DNA of 64,000 bases from Vicugna vicugna (taxonomy: Eukaryota). A program made the position numbers and the translations under genes. The stretch covers positions 3,548,081-3,612,080 of the forward strand of contig MU058718.1 in assembly GCA_013265495.1 (NCBI GenBank), given 5' to 3'. This document shows, piece by piece, positions 1-12,994 of this stretch. The number at the start of each line of letters is the position of its first letter. Position 1 is the first letter of the stretch. The notes under the pieces were generated by a model. The model ran no database searches. It was not told the DNA's origin and was given only the letters and a program-made list of their open reading frames with translations.

Positions 1-1645
1 GCTGAGTGCCCTTGCCTACTGAGTCTCTGCTTTGGCTCTCCAGCTGGAAAGCCATTATGTGGCAGAACAGTGGGAATCCATAAAATGCCCCCCCTCATGC
101 CCTTTGACACATCAGTGACCACTTCCAACAGAAACATACTTCACTAACATTTCTTTCTGCTCCTTTCCCAAAGCCAGGTGACAAGGTAGTTCCTAGAGTC
201 ATCTCACATATTCCACTGGGGTTTTAAAATAGGACCCTTTAAGGTCCATGCTGCTTAACAGCAGATCCAGCTCCTCAAAAGTGTATATAAACCAGAATTT
301 TATATCCTGCCCAAGGGCAGGCAGTGCTAGAGTTAACGCGGAGTGGCTCACCTCCAGCCTCCTGAACCCTGGAGACAGTCACATCAGCCTCCAAGAACTT
401 GGAGAGGAAGGGAAATGGCCATCTCTAGCCCCTTCCTCTTGATCTCAGCCCAGGCTTGTATGCAGAAAAGCTTTAAAGGAAAAGAAATGGATGTAAAACA
501 GAGCGGGAAAGGGCAATGTGAGCGAGGGCAAGTACATATGTGAATGTCAGCTTTCCACAATGGTGCCTTCTGTTAAAATGATGGCCCTAATCCAAAGGGT
601 GTCCCCCTTGAAGCCCAGCATTTGGTCCCATCTTTCTCGTTCATTAGTGCAAATTGCAGTTTTTAACTCTTCACAGTAATTGTATTGTTGAGGCTTAGAA
701 AACATGTCCCACATGGTTGGGAAGTTTAGTCATTATCCATTTAAATAAAGAACATGAAGAGAGGAAGCTTTTATTGTCTCATTTTAGTAAGTTTCCAAAG
801 TCTGAATAAATCCATTTCCGACTCTGCTCTGCAGTACCTTAAGGAATGTTGGTAGTTTTAGTTTTTCTTTTAAATGCTTACAGTATATTGCTATTGGTTT
901 TAAATAATGTTTTGGTCATTTTCATTGAACTCTTTCTTCAAGTTCTTTATAAAATCATGAGGCTATAAAATAAATAGCTTCTTATAATTCTTTTACATAA
1001 AATTATGAGATTTGAATGTTATATATTTTATTAAGGATAAAGCCTTAATTGATCCTATTTTCAAATCCCAATGGAATATTTGGGATTCAGTGTAAACCTG
1101 TGGGAGCGTCTACCTTCAGATAGAACCGGAAAAGAGGAGTCAGTGAATCAAGTCTCCCATGGGATTACCTGCCTGCAGGAGAGCTAATATTCTAGAATAG
1201 TATTTTTCAAACTTTGACCGTGAGCCCCAGGGTAAATCTCTTGCATGGCATCTAGCGGACAATGAATGTGATACTCTTTCTTCTCCCTGCTGTTTAAAGA
1301 GAGATGAGGTGTCATCATTCAAAATGAAGCATGGGAATACGGCTTTCCTGCCAAAACATTGTAACCACAGCAAAAATTATCAATTAGAGAACTTACATCC
1401 ATGGTTTCTCTAAAAGTGAAAAATACTTTCTTTTCATTTGTAAGAGAAATATGATCTTAAATAGGAGAAAAGCACGGTCTGCCCTATCCAGCTCTCAACT
1501 CTGAAACAAGTGTGTTTACGATTCACTGCAGTTTACTCCTGTCACTTTCCCCGTGAGTTGTGCTTGGATGTGCTTGGCTTGATGTTTGTCGTAAAGCTTA
1601 GTGGGGACTCGGACCCTGAGCCCTAGGTGCTTGTGTTGCTTACAG

Positions 1646-1822
1646 AATCCAAAGGCTTGGAATACCACGGTACTCAAAAACATAGCTGCCTCGGGGAAGT
1701 TCTCCAGTGACCGAACAATTAAGGAATACGCCCGGGACATCTGGAACATGGAGCCTTCCGATATAAAGATTTCCCTGTCCAGTCAACCTAGCGATGGGGT
1801 GAACAAAGCCAATGGAAAGTAA
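1646..1822 (+). CDS. PYGL: Liver glycogen phosphorylase, terminal coding exon (58 aa + TAA)
   Basis: Acceptor ttgtgttgcttacag|AAT at 1645/1646; translates [72 protein letters not shown] is the phosphorylase C-terminal signature; tail resembles the liver isoform; adjacent to ABHD12B as in other mammals. Confidence 0.96.
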   Translation, partial: NPKAWNTTVLKNIAASGKFSSDRTIKEYARDIWNMEPSDIKISLSSQPSDGVNKANGK

Positions 1823-1969
1823 GTTGTAAAATGTCCCTAGAGAAAAAATGCTTCTTACTGGACTTGAACATTTTTACGACATTCTTTGATTTTATTTTGT
1901 TAGCTAATAATCCAGTTAAGTATCTCTGGGAATTGAGAGGGGAAAGTGTATGACTCTGTTAGCGCTAAA

Positions 1970-1975
1970 AATAAA
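1970..1975 (+). promoter_or_regulatory. PYGL: PYGL polyadenylation signal AATAAA
   Basis: First AATAAA after the stop, ~150 nt downstream. Confidence 0.75.
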
Positions 1976-2482
1976 TTGTCAATTCCCAAAGGCTTCATGG
2001 GTGCCAAAACTCACTATTTTGTAGCAGACTGAGTAGCACACTAGGACTTTCCCCAGTGCAATGCTGAAAGCTTAGAAAATTGCTTGGAACTTTTTAATAC
2101 CATTTAAGTTAACTAAACTGAAATACAAATTATTTAACTACATTGGAGCACCTTTCTTATACTGCTGTCTAAGTCCAAATCGAAGACCACCTAATCCGCA
2201 AATGTTTGGTAACTATACATTTTTAGATGGGATCCAATTTTTACCAAACTCTGACTCTCCACAGTGAAGTTTCAGCATGTTCCACAAAGTAGAATGTGAT
2301 AGGCTGAATGAGAACATTCCCTGATGCCCAGCATCCATGTTTTCGCTTACTAAAATGGCAAGTGACTTGTAGAAATGCCAGTGACTTCAGCTTATCCAAG
2401 CAGCCCAGGACAATTTTACATTAAAAATACACATCACAGGTGATGTTTGGACCAAGTCTTCACTCTCCACTGCTCTCAGACC

Positions 2483-2510
2483 TCATGCCCACTGCTGGCT
2501 CAGGAAATCT
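2483..2510 (-). CDS. ABHD12B: ABHD12B exon 13 coding part (DFLSQQWA*)
   Basis: tttttctgcag| acceptor; TGA at 2485-2483; total spliced CDS 1047 nt, divisible by 3, no internal stops. Confidence 0.93.
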
Positions 2511-2609
2511 CTGCAGAAAAAAGACCTAGATGAGGTCACATGCTTTCCCCAGCTCATGGGCTAAGACAGCCAGACCAGCCCTAATTGCATTTAGCAAAGC
2601 AGTGCTTAC

Positions 2610-2728
2610 CTCACGGTTTTTAACAGCATGGGGCATTTACAGAGGAAGTTGTGTTGGAAGCCAGGAGGAAAGATCACCATCCTGACCCTCTCTTTGTTCC
2701 TGTATGCACTGTGGGCAATTTCATAGAG
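2610..2728 (-). CDS. ABHD12B: ABHD12B exon 12 (LYEIAHSAYRNKERVRMVIFPPGFQHNFLCKCPMLLKTVR), catalytic His region
   Basis: ttgcag| acceptor, |gtaagc donor, 119 nt. Confidence 0.95.
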
Positions 2729-3332
2729 CTGCAAGGGGCAGAAAGACAAGGACCCAAAGGCTGATCATCAAAGCTGCTGTTTTTCTAGTCTGATTTTCCT
2801 AAAAGGGTACGGAAACAGCCAACTTAGGGAGTTAGTTCCATTAAGTCGGGGCTAGGGACACTTTCCACATCCCCAGGTGCTGCCTCTGCAACCACAGAAC
2901 TGAACGCTGCCAGCCCATATGAAGCAGTGACGAGACCTCATCCTGCCCTTCCCATACCACCCTGCAAGGAGACAAGGAATTGCAATGGGCCCCCTCTATT
3001 TGTTGAAAAGAAAAGAAACCGTGTCCCTATTCTTAGAGCCACTGCAAGGAGAGACTGCATGGAGGTTCTCAGAGCAGCCTGGGATCTTCTGTATACTTGC
3101 AGAGCCCAAGACCCAGCTGAGGAATCGAGATCTGCCACAAACACTCCTTTGAGCTGAATAGCATAGCACACTGATGCTTACTGTATACACCAGGCAGCAT
3201 GGCAATTGAGGGATGCAGAAAATCCCTCATAATGTCAGAGACCCTCCTTTAGGCTCTAATCAAAGTTCGGCTGGCTGAGAAAACGCTGAGGTGAGTAGAG
3301 TGTGTTTCCATCGGCCGCTAAGCTTAGTTTAC

Positions 3333-3411
3333 CTTTCTTCCGAACTCCACAGGCACTGTTTTGTCATCCTCACCATGTAGGATGAGAAGGGGAGAAGACA
3401 GGAATTTAACA
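3333..3411 (-). CDS. ABHD12B: ABHD12B exon 11 (VKFLSSPLLILHGEDDKTVPVEFGRK), catalytic Asp region
   Basis: ttcctag| acceptor, |gtaaac donor, 79 nt; PLLILHG.DD..VP motif. Confidence 0.96.
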
Positions 3412-4461
3412 CTAGGAACAAGTAGAAGAAAAGCATTCAGTTCCAGGATTGTACATTGGGATTTCTCCTCTTCTAAGTTAAAGCTTTAGCAAAACATGAG
3501 GTTTGCCCAAAATACAAGAACGCCCTTTCTTTCCCTCCCAGGAATAACAACTTCACATATAATAAGCTTCATACAGTAACTTCTTTTTCCTCCAGGCAAG
3601 ATTCTTCTGTTTACTCACACAATTCAATTAGTTATTTAATTTATTCCTACATGATCTTTGAAAATAAAGAACAAAAACACTGAAACACTGAATTTGTACA
3701 GAATTAAAAGAACCTCATCTTTTTCCGTAAGGTATTCTACCTTATTTCTTAATATCTAGAATGTTTTAATTAAAAGACTATAAAAGAAAAATAAAATAAC
3801 TCAAAACCCAAAAATAACAAGAACTACCACAGGACAAAGAACTTATTATAGCAATTTATTTATGTTTCCCCGTAAATACATGGCATGGACATGTCATTAA
3901 CAAGTTCGATTAGCTTCCTGGTCAACCTCCTGTTTGTAATTTAAAAAGGCTATGACATGAATGATGACTTGTTTCTCATTCTAATAAATAGTACTTCCCT
4001 CTCCCCGCCCAAATTCTGATTCCACCCACCCTGCCACTGTGGCTCACTGCTACTCCTGAGAATGTTAGATCCCTCAAGTGTGTTGAAATAGAAAAAAGGA
4101 CTGATAAGACTGCCTACGTGTAGGCACTCCTAGGTTCTCCAACTATTTCGGTTACACAGGGAGTAAGGCCTACAATTCCTCCAAGGAATGTTAGGCTAGA
4201 CCCTCCAGGACCTTTCAAAGGTCCTGATATGTCCTAAACAACTCCCTTTATAACATCAGAGGAAGTACTGAATTAGACAGAAGGATAATATCAAATACTA
4301 AAAATCTGTAGATACCTTATCCCAAATGCTAGTGCCCATCTACGAATTTCCATCTACTCATTCAGACTTCTTGCCTACCCATTCAATCAGCTGCATGATA
4401 GTTACCCCTAGAATCCTGTAGATACTAGTAATAATGGACATCTTTACATCATTAAACTTAC

Positions 4462-4544
4462 TTTTCATCATTGGGGAAGACTATTTTGTCTTTCCTCAGG
4501 GCATCCATAATTGTGCGTAAAAATCTTGGAAGGTTCCGGTAAAT
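4462..4544 (-). CDS. ABHD12B: ABHD12B exon 10 (IYRNLPRFLRTIMDALRKDKIVFPNDEN)
   Basis: aatag| acceptor, |gtaagt donor, 83 nt. Confidence 0.93.
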
Positions 4545-5199
4545 CTATTTTTTTAAAAGGAAAAAAATTAAAACATAGCATATAGCTAAGTCATTTGCTA
4601 TAGTTTCTCACTATGAACTGTAGTAATATAGAGCGTAGTGACTTTCTAAATATAATTAACTTTTTTTTTGAAAACAAAACTTAATGCTTTTAAAAGTAAT
4701 TCATGTCATTGTAGGGAATTTAGAAAAAACAAAAAGGAAGAAAGAAGAAACAGATCACACATAATCCCACCGTCCATACATAATCGCTTTTAACGTTTTG
4801 TTTTTACTTATCTTTTTTCAGAATACAAATAGCACCACTGCCTTATTTCTTCATACTTGTAAAGGAGCAGTGATATGCATAATCTAAAAATCACTTCTGT
4901 GGTGAACTACAGAGTAGTTAAGTGGTTTAGCTGAGGAACGGAGTATTCTAATTAGTTGGAAATCCTGGTAATGTATACAATACAGAGATAATTGGTTTTA
5001 AAGGGTTTGACCATTATAAACTCTGTTGAATGTGCTTTAATGCTGCAATGTTTTTAAAAGGCATTTTAGGTTTTAACAATGACCACAGGGCTTCAATTAT
5101 AACAATTATCATTTTAGGTTTTGACAATGACCACAGGACTCCAAATATAACATTTCCTCTTTAATGGCAAGTTCCAGTAAATAGAATGCTAGCTAAATA

Positions 5200-5995
5200 T
5201 CAGCTCTTACCATATTTTAATTAAGTTGATGGGCAAATTAGTTTTATGCCCTAAAAATATCCATCTCAACTGAAAATGAGGAAAGGACAGAAAACCTAAG
5301 CAACCCTGCACCTTCCTTAAGCTTTTAACCCTGCCTCCAAACTGCAGCCCAAGTCCATTCATTTCTCTCCGTTTCCACTAATCCCCTAGCCTAACCCTCC
5401 TTCATCTCTTGCTTGGGTTATACCAACAATCCCAGGTCGCCCTGCCATAACCCAGTGCCCGCAGGGCGTTTTAACAGGCAACTCTCATCACATCACTCTT
5501 TTGCTTTACATCCTCCAAAGGTTAAACCCACATGTCACCTTGGCCTTCAGGGCCCTATGGAATCTGGCTGCAGCCTCTGTCTCCTGTCACTCAGCTCCCA
5601 TCCACCCTCAGGCCCTGCTGCCTTCTGATCCTGGAGCTCATCAGCCTTGACCTCACCTCAGGGCGGATTCTCCCATGATACCTTGCTGCTTATCATGCAG
5701 ATCTCAGCTTGGATGGCATTTCTTCAGAGACCTCTCCCCTAACCAGCGATCAAAACTTGCCCCTTCCCCCCCCCAGTCATTCTTCCCTCTCACATCATTT
5801 TATTTCTTTTACAGCATTTCTCACTAATCAAAATCCTCTTATTGCCCACTTGTCTTCTATCTGCCTTTCCAGCAACTATACAAACCTCATAGGAGGATGG
5901 ACCACACCTTTCTTATTCCCTGTGGTGTCCCCAGAACCTGGGAGAGTTCCTGGGACCTAACAGATACTTGTTAAATATTTGCTAAAAATGGAATG
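5200..5995 (-). mobile_element. L2 remnant
   Basis: tatccccagaacctgg...aaatatttgctaaaaatggaatga L2-type end. Confidence 0.6.
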
Positions 5996-8205
5996 AGTCT
6001 ATTGTGCAAATATCCCAGAGGTACACTTTAAGCTATTTGTCATTTTTATCTTCCTGTGACTGAATTTCATTCAGAGTTTATTCCTTGGAATAGACTCATG
6101 AAGAGAAAAGACCAGCAAAGTATTGCATATGTTCCTCTGTGGTGCCTGAGCGGGGAGCGGGGTGCAGTGTCGTAAATGGGACATTGCCGAGGGAAGGGAG
6201 GGGGAACAGAACAGGGAGGCTGAGGCCGGAAATGCAACGTCTGCTTCACAGTTTAAAAAGGAGAGAATTGTGTTCAATGTACAAGCACTTTCTACATTGT
6301 GTGCATCACTGCTCCTTTATGAGTGCGGGGAAGTAACAACTAGTGGCTGTTGCTCAGCCCTTGAGTGTGTCCTTGGTTGTGGTCTCCCACTTTGAGCTGT
6401 AGTCATGTAGAGAATAGTAACTTGCAAAACATAATGAGCTAAAAATAATTTTTTTCTCTGATTTTAAAAAGTAATTCATGTCATGGTGGGGAATTTGGTA
6501 GGGAAATGCGTACACAACGTGCAGGTGGGGGCCAGTAAAGATGAACTCCTACTTTCCCGCTGTGCTGTGGGCCTGCTGTTTGCAGGAACCTGTGGGCTTT
6601 CGGGGGGTCTGTCTGGCCTGCATTTCGGCGTGGTCTCACAGCAGATGACTTGCATTTAGGGTGCGGTCTGGAGATCCTAACACTGCCTCTCCTTCCTTCC
6701 TTATCTCTCCTCTTACTCATACTAAGGGCAAGATTTCTCATCTTCTCTTTCCTTTGTCTTCTGGTTCTGCTACCCTTGGAATCAGGACTCTGAGAATTCA
6801 GTAAAGCGAAGCCCTTCAGCAATTCTTCTAAAATTCCAAAGGAGTAAGAAGAAAGCAGCCCCGGTCAGTCTCCTCCCGGTACCCACCTCCTCTCCAGCCA
6901 GGGGTGCCCCTCGAGACTCAGAGGTCAGACCACCCTCTCCAGCCCAGACCTCCTAATTGGTCTCCCTGCCTCCTCTCTGTTCTGAAATTCCACCAGATGA
7001 ATACTCTTTAAATACCGTTACCTGAAATCTGCTGTTACAAAGCTTTGGGAGTAGAACAGTATCTACTTTAAAAAACAAACAAAAAAAAACCTCCTGTCTT
7101 GGCTGCAAGCCCATCCACATCTGGCCACAGTCTTTCCGGCCAAAGCCTGTGTGCATTCTGTCTGTCTGCCTGGGGTTAGAAAATGTGGGACTGAGTCCCA
7201 CTTCCTCTCTGTGGGCTGCTGGGCAAGCCTCTCAGCCCCCTTTTTCCCTCAGCTCTCAGCGGCTTCGGCAGTGATGCCAAACCAAGGGCTGCTGTGAGAA
7301 TTTAAAAGGATGACAAGTGTGAAAAGATCTTACATGGACTCTCAGGTACTTGATGACACATTATCGCCCCATTCTGGCCATGTGCCTTGGCCCACATGCC
7401 CCCCTCCTCTCTGTTTTCTAACTGTGCTCCCTCACCTTCAGGAAGGGAGCTTACATCCTATCTCCCTGTGCATCTTCCTTGGTCACACCTGCACACAATA
7501 CCCTCCTCTTCCCTGAATTCTCCCTACCCTGAAATTACTGCTCTGGGTCCTCCCCCGACACCTCGCTTAGTCTACTATAACAGAAAGGGTGGGACAAAGG
7601 AACAAGCATTTGTTGAGTGCCCACTAGCAGCTGGGTACTTTGCATGGATTATTTTACTTAATTTAACCTTCACAGCAACCCTATGCAGTAGCAACCTTAT
7701 AAAAATAAGGAAAACACAACAAAAGGAAATAATATACTCAGGTCATAATTGGTTAGTGACAGAGGCCAAATTTGAACTCAGATCCGAATCCGTCCAGCCT
7801 CAGAGCCCATGCTCTTTTCCACTGTGCCTTGCTGCCTCCCATTCTGAGTAATGAGATTGATTCCACAGTGATACATGGAAACCTCTGTCGTTACTTTGTA
7901 TCCCCCATTAATTTCCTGTCTCCATCCACAACTAGACAGGAAACTTCTTGAGGGTAAGGACCTATGCCTTTTACTACATCCAGATGTCTCACACCACCTA
8001 CACTTCCTTATTCAACAGTAATGTTCAGAGTTATGGCACTCCACTGATAAAAACAGCTAATGACTATTGAGTGTTTACTGTGTCAGGCACTAGTATACAT
8101 GTTTTTCATATATGAATTTATGTAATTATCCCAACAATCTTGAATACACTATTATTACCCCCATTTTACAGATGAGGCAGTTGAAGCATTAAAAACCATG
8201 AGTCT

Positions 8206-8312
8206 GGGGGTGGTGGGTATAGCTCAGTGGTAGAGCACATGCTTAGCATGCACGAGGTCTTGGGTTCAATCCTCAGTACCTCCATTTTTTTTAAAAAATT
8301 AAAAAGAAAAAA
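8206..8312 (+). mobile_element. tRNA-derived SINE (Vic-1-like, camelid)
   Basis: tagctcagtggtagagc A-box, ggttcaatcc B-box, A-rich tail. Confidence 0.85.
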
Positions 8313-8349
8313 AGATTCAGCAGTTACACTGGCAGCCAGAAGGCAACAG

Positions 8350-9800
8350 GAACAGTGCCTTCAACATTCTGTTGGGGGCAGAGCAGGGGGAACTCTTTCT
8401 AACCCAGAGCTCAGCCAAAATACCATCAACTGTGAAAGAGTAGAATAAAAACATTCTTACACATGCAAGGATCTCAAAAAAAAACAACAACAACAACAAC
8501 TACTTGACTCTCCCTTATTCAGAAGGCTACTAGAGGATGTGGCCACCAGAATGAAGGAATATGCCAAAAAAGAGAAAGAACAGGATCTGACCAGGAAAGC
8601 AAGTGAATCCCCAGGATGATTCCCCAATGACAACCGCACAGCAGACCTAGAGAACACCAAGTCCATACTGAAGCAGGCCAGAGGGCTCTGGGAAACAGGA
8701 GATGAAACCGACAGAACATCCATGTGTTTGAACATACTGAATGTTTGTGTTAGTAGAGATTAGACAACTGGCAAAGAATCTAGATTAAATTAAGGATTGA
8801 AAAAACCAAAACTCTCATTAGTCTAAGGTCACATAACTGTTAAGTGACACCCCTGGGGAAAAACTCAGAAAGTCTGACACCAAAGCCATGGTTCTTAAAA
8901 AAAAAATTTTTTTTTTAACTTTCTGGGAAGAAGTCAGAGACATACCAAGGCAGTGAGGTCTTGAGTGGTCAAGAACCCAGAGAGAAGGGAAGCCCAGAGA
9001 GGTGAGCCTGACACTCAATACCGCTTTTTCTCCTTGAGATACAGCTCCCAAGTCAGAAGAAAGCCAGAAAGTAGAGGCAAAAGAACACAGAACAGACGAC
9101 ACAAGTAGGTATTATCTCTTATATATACAAAAATCCACACCTGTGGATTATAGCTCTAAATGTAGAAGGTAAAACAGAATTTCTAGAAGGTAGCATAGAA
9201 GAGTTATCTTTAAAAAAATAAAAGGACACTTGTTAAAAGTATTAACTATAAAAAATGGTAAACTGGATCACATTAAATTCAGAAACATCTCTTCATCACA
9301 AGAAACCACTGAGGGAGGAAAGAGACAAAACAAAACAGTAGAATATATGTGCAGTACAAGTAATTTTCTAATGACTCATCCTATAAAGAACTTCGACAAA
9401 TAAAAAGAAGGACAATTCAATTTAAAAATGTTTGCAAAAGACATGAAAATGTATCTAACAAGAGATGGTATCTAAATGGCTAATAAACATAAGGGGGAAA
9501 ACACCCAGTTTCCTTGGTTATCAGGGAAATGTAAATAAAACCACGATGATATCAATATGAGGGTCAGGTTGTGAAGCAATTGGAACTCTCATACACAATA
9601 CGTGGGAAAGTAAAGTGGCCGTCACCTGCGAAAACTGCTTGGTGCTAATAACCACTAGAGGTGAACTGTATTTTCCAGCATCGGCTCCTAGGGTATGCGC
9701 CAGTGAATACTTGGACATTTACAGACATTCGAGGATGTTCATAGCAACAGTGTTATTAATTATCCCAAACAGAGAACAACACAAAAAGATAAGAAGTACG
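8350..9800 (+). mobile_element. Old L1 fragments (L1M/L1ME-like)
   Basis: Degenerate A-rich L1 motifs (aaatggctaataaacat, gatgttcatagcaac). Confidence 0.55.
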
Positions 9801-10053
9801 GTCTAGTTCATGGGGGGAATAAAAGACCTTTGGCCCTTAATAAGCCACTCAACCCATTAGGAGAAAATAAAAGGACTATAAAATCCAAAAGCCACTGTGC
9901 CCCTCTTTACTAGCAACTGGCTAATAACCTGTCTCAAGTTAGAGTCACTTAGAAATATATAAGCCTAGTTAAGAAAGAGGACATAGCTAATCAACAGAAG
10001 TGTGTGGAAACAGCTACGTCTTGACGTCTTGTGAAGACGAACCAGAGACTCAC

Positions 10054-10133
10054 CTTCATCAAGGGATAATTGATGGTCGCATCCCACATGTTGGTAAACG
10101 GAGCTTCCAGGATAATAGCATCAACTGGAGATC
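10054..10133 (-). CDS. ABHD12B: ABHD12B exon 9 (GSPVDAIILEAPFTNMWDATINYPLMK)
   Basis: ctcaag| acceptor, |gtgagt donor, 80 nt; ILEAPF motif. Confidence 0.95.
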
Positions 10134-10194
10134 CTTGAGAATAATAAAGAAGAAATAACTCCTCTACCATATTTAAATACTGTCTTTCCTAAAT

Positions 10195-10398
10195 AAGGGG
10201 TCCTCAAGGTCTCGTCCATGAACTACCTGCATCAAAATCATTTATGAATCTTCTTAATAATACAAATTCATGACCCCACTTCAGACTTGAGTCAGAAGTC
10301 AGAATCTCAGGGAGGGTGGAGGGTGTGAGAATGTGCATTTTAACAAGCACTCTCACTAAAGCGATTTCATTTCTCTGCACTGATCATTGAAAGTCACT
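10195..10398. mobile_element. MER5-like hAT remnant
   Basis: cctgcatcaaaatca...gtgcattttaacaagc motifs. Confidence 0.6.
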
Positions 10399-10679
10399 AC
10401 CTTCCCCTCATACACAGGCAGATTTTCATGACTTGGGTAATTGAAGGAAGCAAAGTAGTGCAGGAAGGGAGTGTTCTGCAGAGACTGAGTAGGCTGTTTG
10501 GCCAACACTCCCTCCGAGACCAAAAGGTCTAGATGTTGGAGTTACCGTATATAGACTTTAACTTACTGAAAATAACAAATGGTAAAATAGTAAAATATTT
10601 ATAAAAATTTTAATATTAAGTCAAATTTTATATAATGAACTGTGTGTAATATGTAAAATATATATAAATATATTTAAAC

Positions 10680-11560
10680 TAGTGCACAAAGAGAAAAATG
10701 TCTGAAAGACTCAGAAAAAAACACTGGAGACATATAGGCCACAGGAACAGATCTAAAAAATTTCCGTATAACTATAGTCACAGAGAAAGAGAAGACAAAG
10801 AACAGAGCAGACATAATATTTGAGGATATAAAGACCGGCAGTCTTCCAAAATGGATGAACATCAAGCCACAGTTCAGATGTGCTATGACTCCCAAGCAGG
10901 ATAAGAACTTAAGAACACCTAAGAAAATCTGAGTAAAAATGCTGAAAAACAAAGACAAAAAGAAAATCCCCAAAATCACCAAAAGCAAAAGTAAACACTA
11001 TCTTCAAAGGAGCAATAGTAAGACTGGCAGCTGCCTCCCTAACAAAACAGGGATAGCCAGAATAAAGTGGATGACAAAAGCTTCAAAAGGCTGAAATAAA
11101 ACCATTGCCACTCCAGAGGCAGCGTGCGGCTCAAGTGGTAGAGTGCGTGGTTAGCATGCATAAGGTCCCAAGTTCAAGCCCCAGTACTTCCATCAGGAAA
11201 AAAAGAATCTGACAATAAATAATTAAATAGACCTGATGACCTCCCCACCAAAAATAGAAGTTTTTCTAGAAATTACTGCCACCCTAGAACTCTATGCCCA
11301 GTGAAAATATCCTTCAAAAGTTAAGATGAAATAAAGACATTTTCAGGCCAAAACTGAGAGCATTCTTCACCAACAGACAGGCAGACAAAAATCCCAGATG
11401 GGAAGCACAGAGATGCTGTAAGTAATAAAGAACAAAGAAAAGGGTAAATCTAAATATTGACTTTATAAGAATAAGAATGTTTTATGGAGTATTTGTAGAG
11501 AGAAAATGAAAATACATGGTAGCAAGAGTTTATAAATCCGGGATGCAAATGGAAATAAAA
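10680..11560 (+). mobile_element. Degraded L1 ORF1 region
   Basis: A-rich; aatatccttcaaaa..gatgaaataaagacattttcag ORF1 C-terminal motif. Confidence 0.75.
11117..11262 (+). mobile_element. tRNA-derived SINE (Vic-1-like) nested in L1 ORF1 remnant
   Basis: A/B boxes, acctgatgacctcccc tail, degenerate TSD (c/t)a(t/c)tgccac. Confidence 0.8.
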
Positions 11561-11786
11561 TGTTCTAAGATAATGCATGATCCAGGAAGCAAAGTACTCT
11601 TTTTCGTGAATTCAGTTCAGACAATACAGCATTGCCAACACCATGAAGGAGGTGTGCACAGAGAGCTATGAGAGAGCTTATAGGAATCTTGAAGTGACGT
11701 TTATTTTATTAAAGTAAGTAATAAGTCTGTAGGTAATTAAGATTGTGTATCACAGGTGACATGCTTTAAAATGCTTATGTAATTCT

Positions 11787-11948
11787 GGGTGGAGGGTCTA
11801 GTTCAAGTGGTAGAATGCATGCTTAGTATGCATGCTTAGTATGCATGAGGTCCTGGGTTCAATCCCCAGTACCTTCTCTAAAAATAAATAAACCTGATTA
11901 CCTCCCCTATCCCCTGCCAAAATAAAATAATTAAATAATATGATGATA
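11787..11948 (+). mobile_element. tRNA-derived SINE (Vic-1-like) with internal 13-nt duplication
   Basis: gcatgcttagtat x2; TSD taaaatg(c/t)tta(t/c)g(t/c)aattc. Confidence 0.85.
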
Positions 11949-12515
11949 AAATGTTTACGCAATTCAGTCTGACCTGTGTTGCCAAATAAGGTTTAAGATA
12001 ACGCAAGAGATTTGTAAGCTTTTAAGGCGCATCAGCATCACGTGGTCCTAGTTACAGAGATTCTAGTTCGTGAAAACAGCCAGGATCCAGGACACTTACG
12101 TTAATAACAAACGCCCCCAGAGATTCTGATAAAGGCAGTTCTCAGAACACTCTGAGAAACACGGACATAAATATTATGTAAGAAGGGCTGCAGAAAGCAA
12201 GTCCTGCTTATTATTTCATAATGTATTAATTTCCTCTCCTATAATCCAAATTACTCCATAAAAACACTTATTATCTCTTCACAATGAGGGCCCTTTCAGG
12301 GTAATTTGAACTCTTTTCCTAGTATTTACTTTCAATTTCATAACTCTGAAAAGCAGCTATTGTTTTATATTAAATAGAAAAAAGGAAGTCTGTTAGACCT
12401 AAAGTTGGGGTGCTTTAGGTATCTCTGAGTTCAGCATATGCACAATAGTCTCTTGATTGTTTTTATTTTCCCACCTCAAGCCAAGAAATTATACCATATA
12501 AGCATCTTATCGTAC

Positions 12516-12553
12516 CTTTCTCTTCCAGAACTTTTGCAGCATTTGTTGCAACT
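12516..12553 (-). CDS. ABHD12B: ABHD12B exon 8 (VATNAAKVLEEK)
   Basis: tttacag| acceptor, |gtacga donor, 38 nt. Confidence 0.93.
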
Positions 12554-12994
12554 CTGTAAAGCAATGAAAGTGAGTGCCAGTGCAAAGCAGTAACTCTATA
12601 GTCAAGTAAATGGTACAAAACGCAACATCCAGTATGAGCATCTAATGAAAGCTCTGGACCCTCAAATGCATGTAGACACACATTTTGCACAGGATTTCAA
12701 GGGGTTCCACTGGCCCTAAATAAGAACCCTTTTATTTAAAACTCTCAAGGAGCATTCTGGAATGGGCTTCAGTGTCACAGATAATGACAGAGCTAAACCC
12801 TCCCTTGTGTTACAGAAAGGCACGCTGCAGTGCTAAGGTCACTAGCCACTTGTGGGGTGTAACAGACACCAGAGAAGAGTCCCCATCTCCAAGCTCAGGG
12901 GTCCTTCCCCCGCTCACTGCTGCCTTTGATACGACACTCACACCCCAAGAACCCCATCTGGGGACCAATCTTAGGACCTCCAGACCCTACTTAC

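Noticed and set aside
1..1645. Additional upstream PYGL exons
   Set aside because: No phosphorylase-like peptide found; region reads as the last intron
4688..6496. ~35-bp similarity (aaaagtaattcatgtcat..g..gggaattt) at ~4690 and ~6465
   Set aside because: Both resemble ends of old L1ME-type fragments; cannot distinguish from independent repeat copies
8206..8285. tRNA-like sequences (about ten copies in the window)
   Set aside because: Mutually diverged, with shared tail, A-rich ends and TSDs: SINEs, not tRNA genes
10674..10988. Hydrophobic membrane-like ORF
   Set aside because: Antisense of A-rich L1 ORF1 remnant
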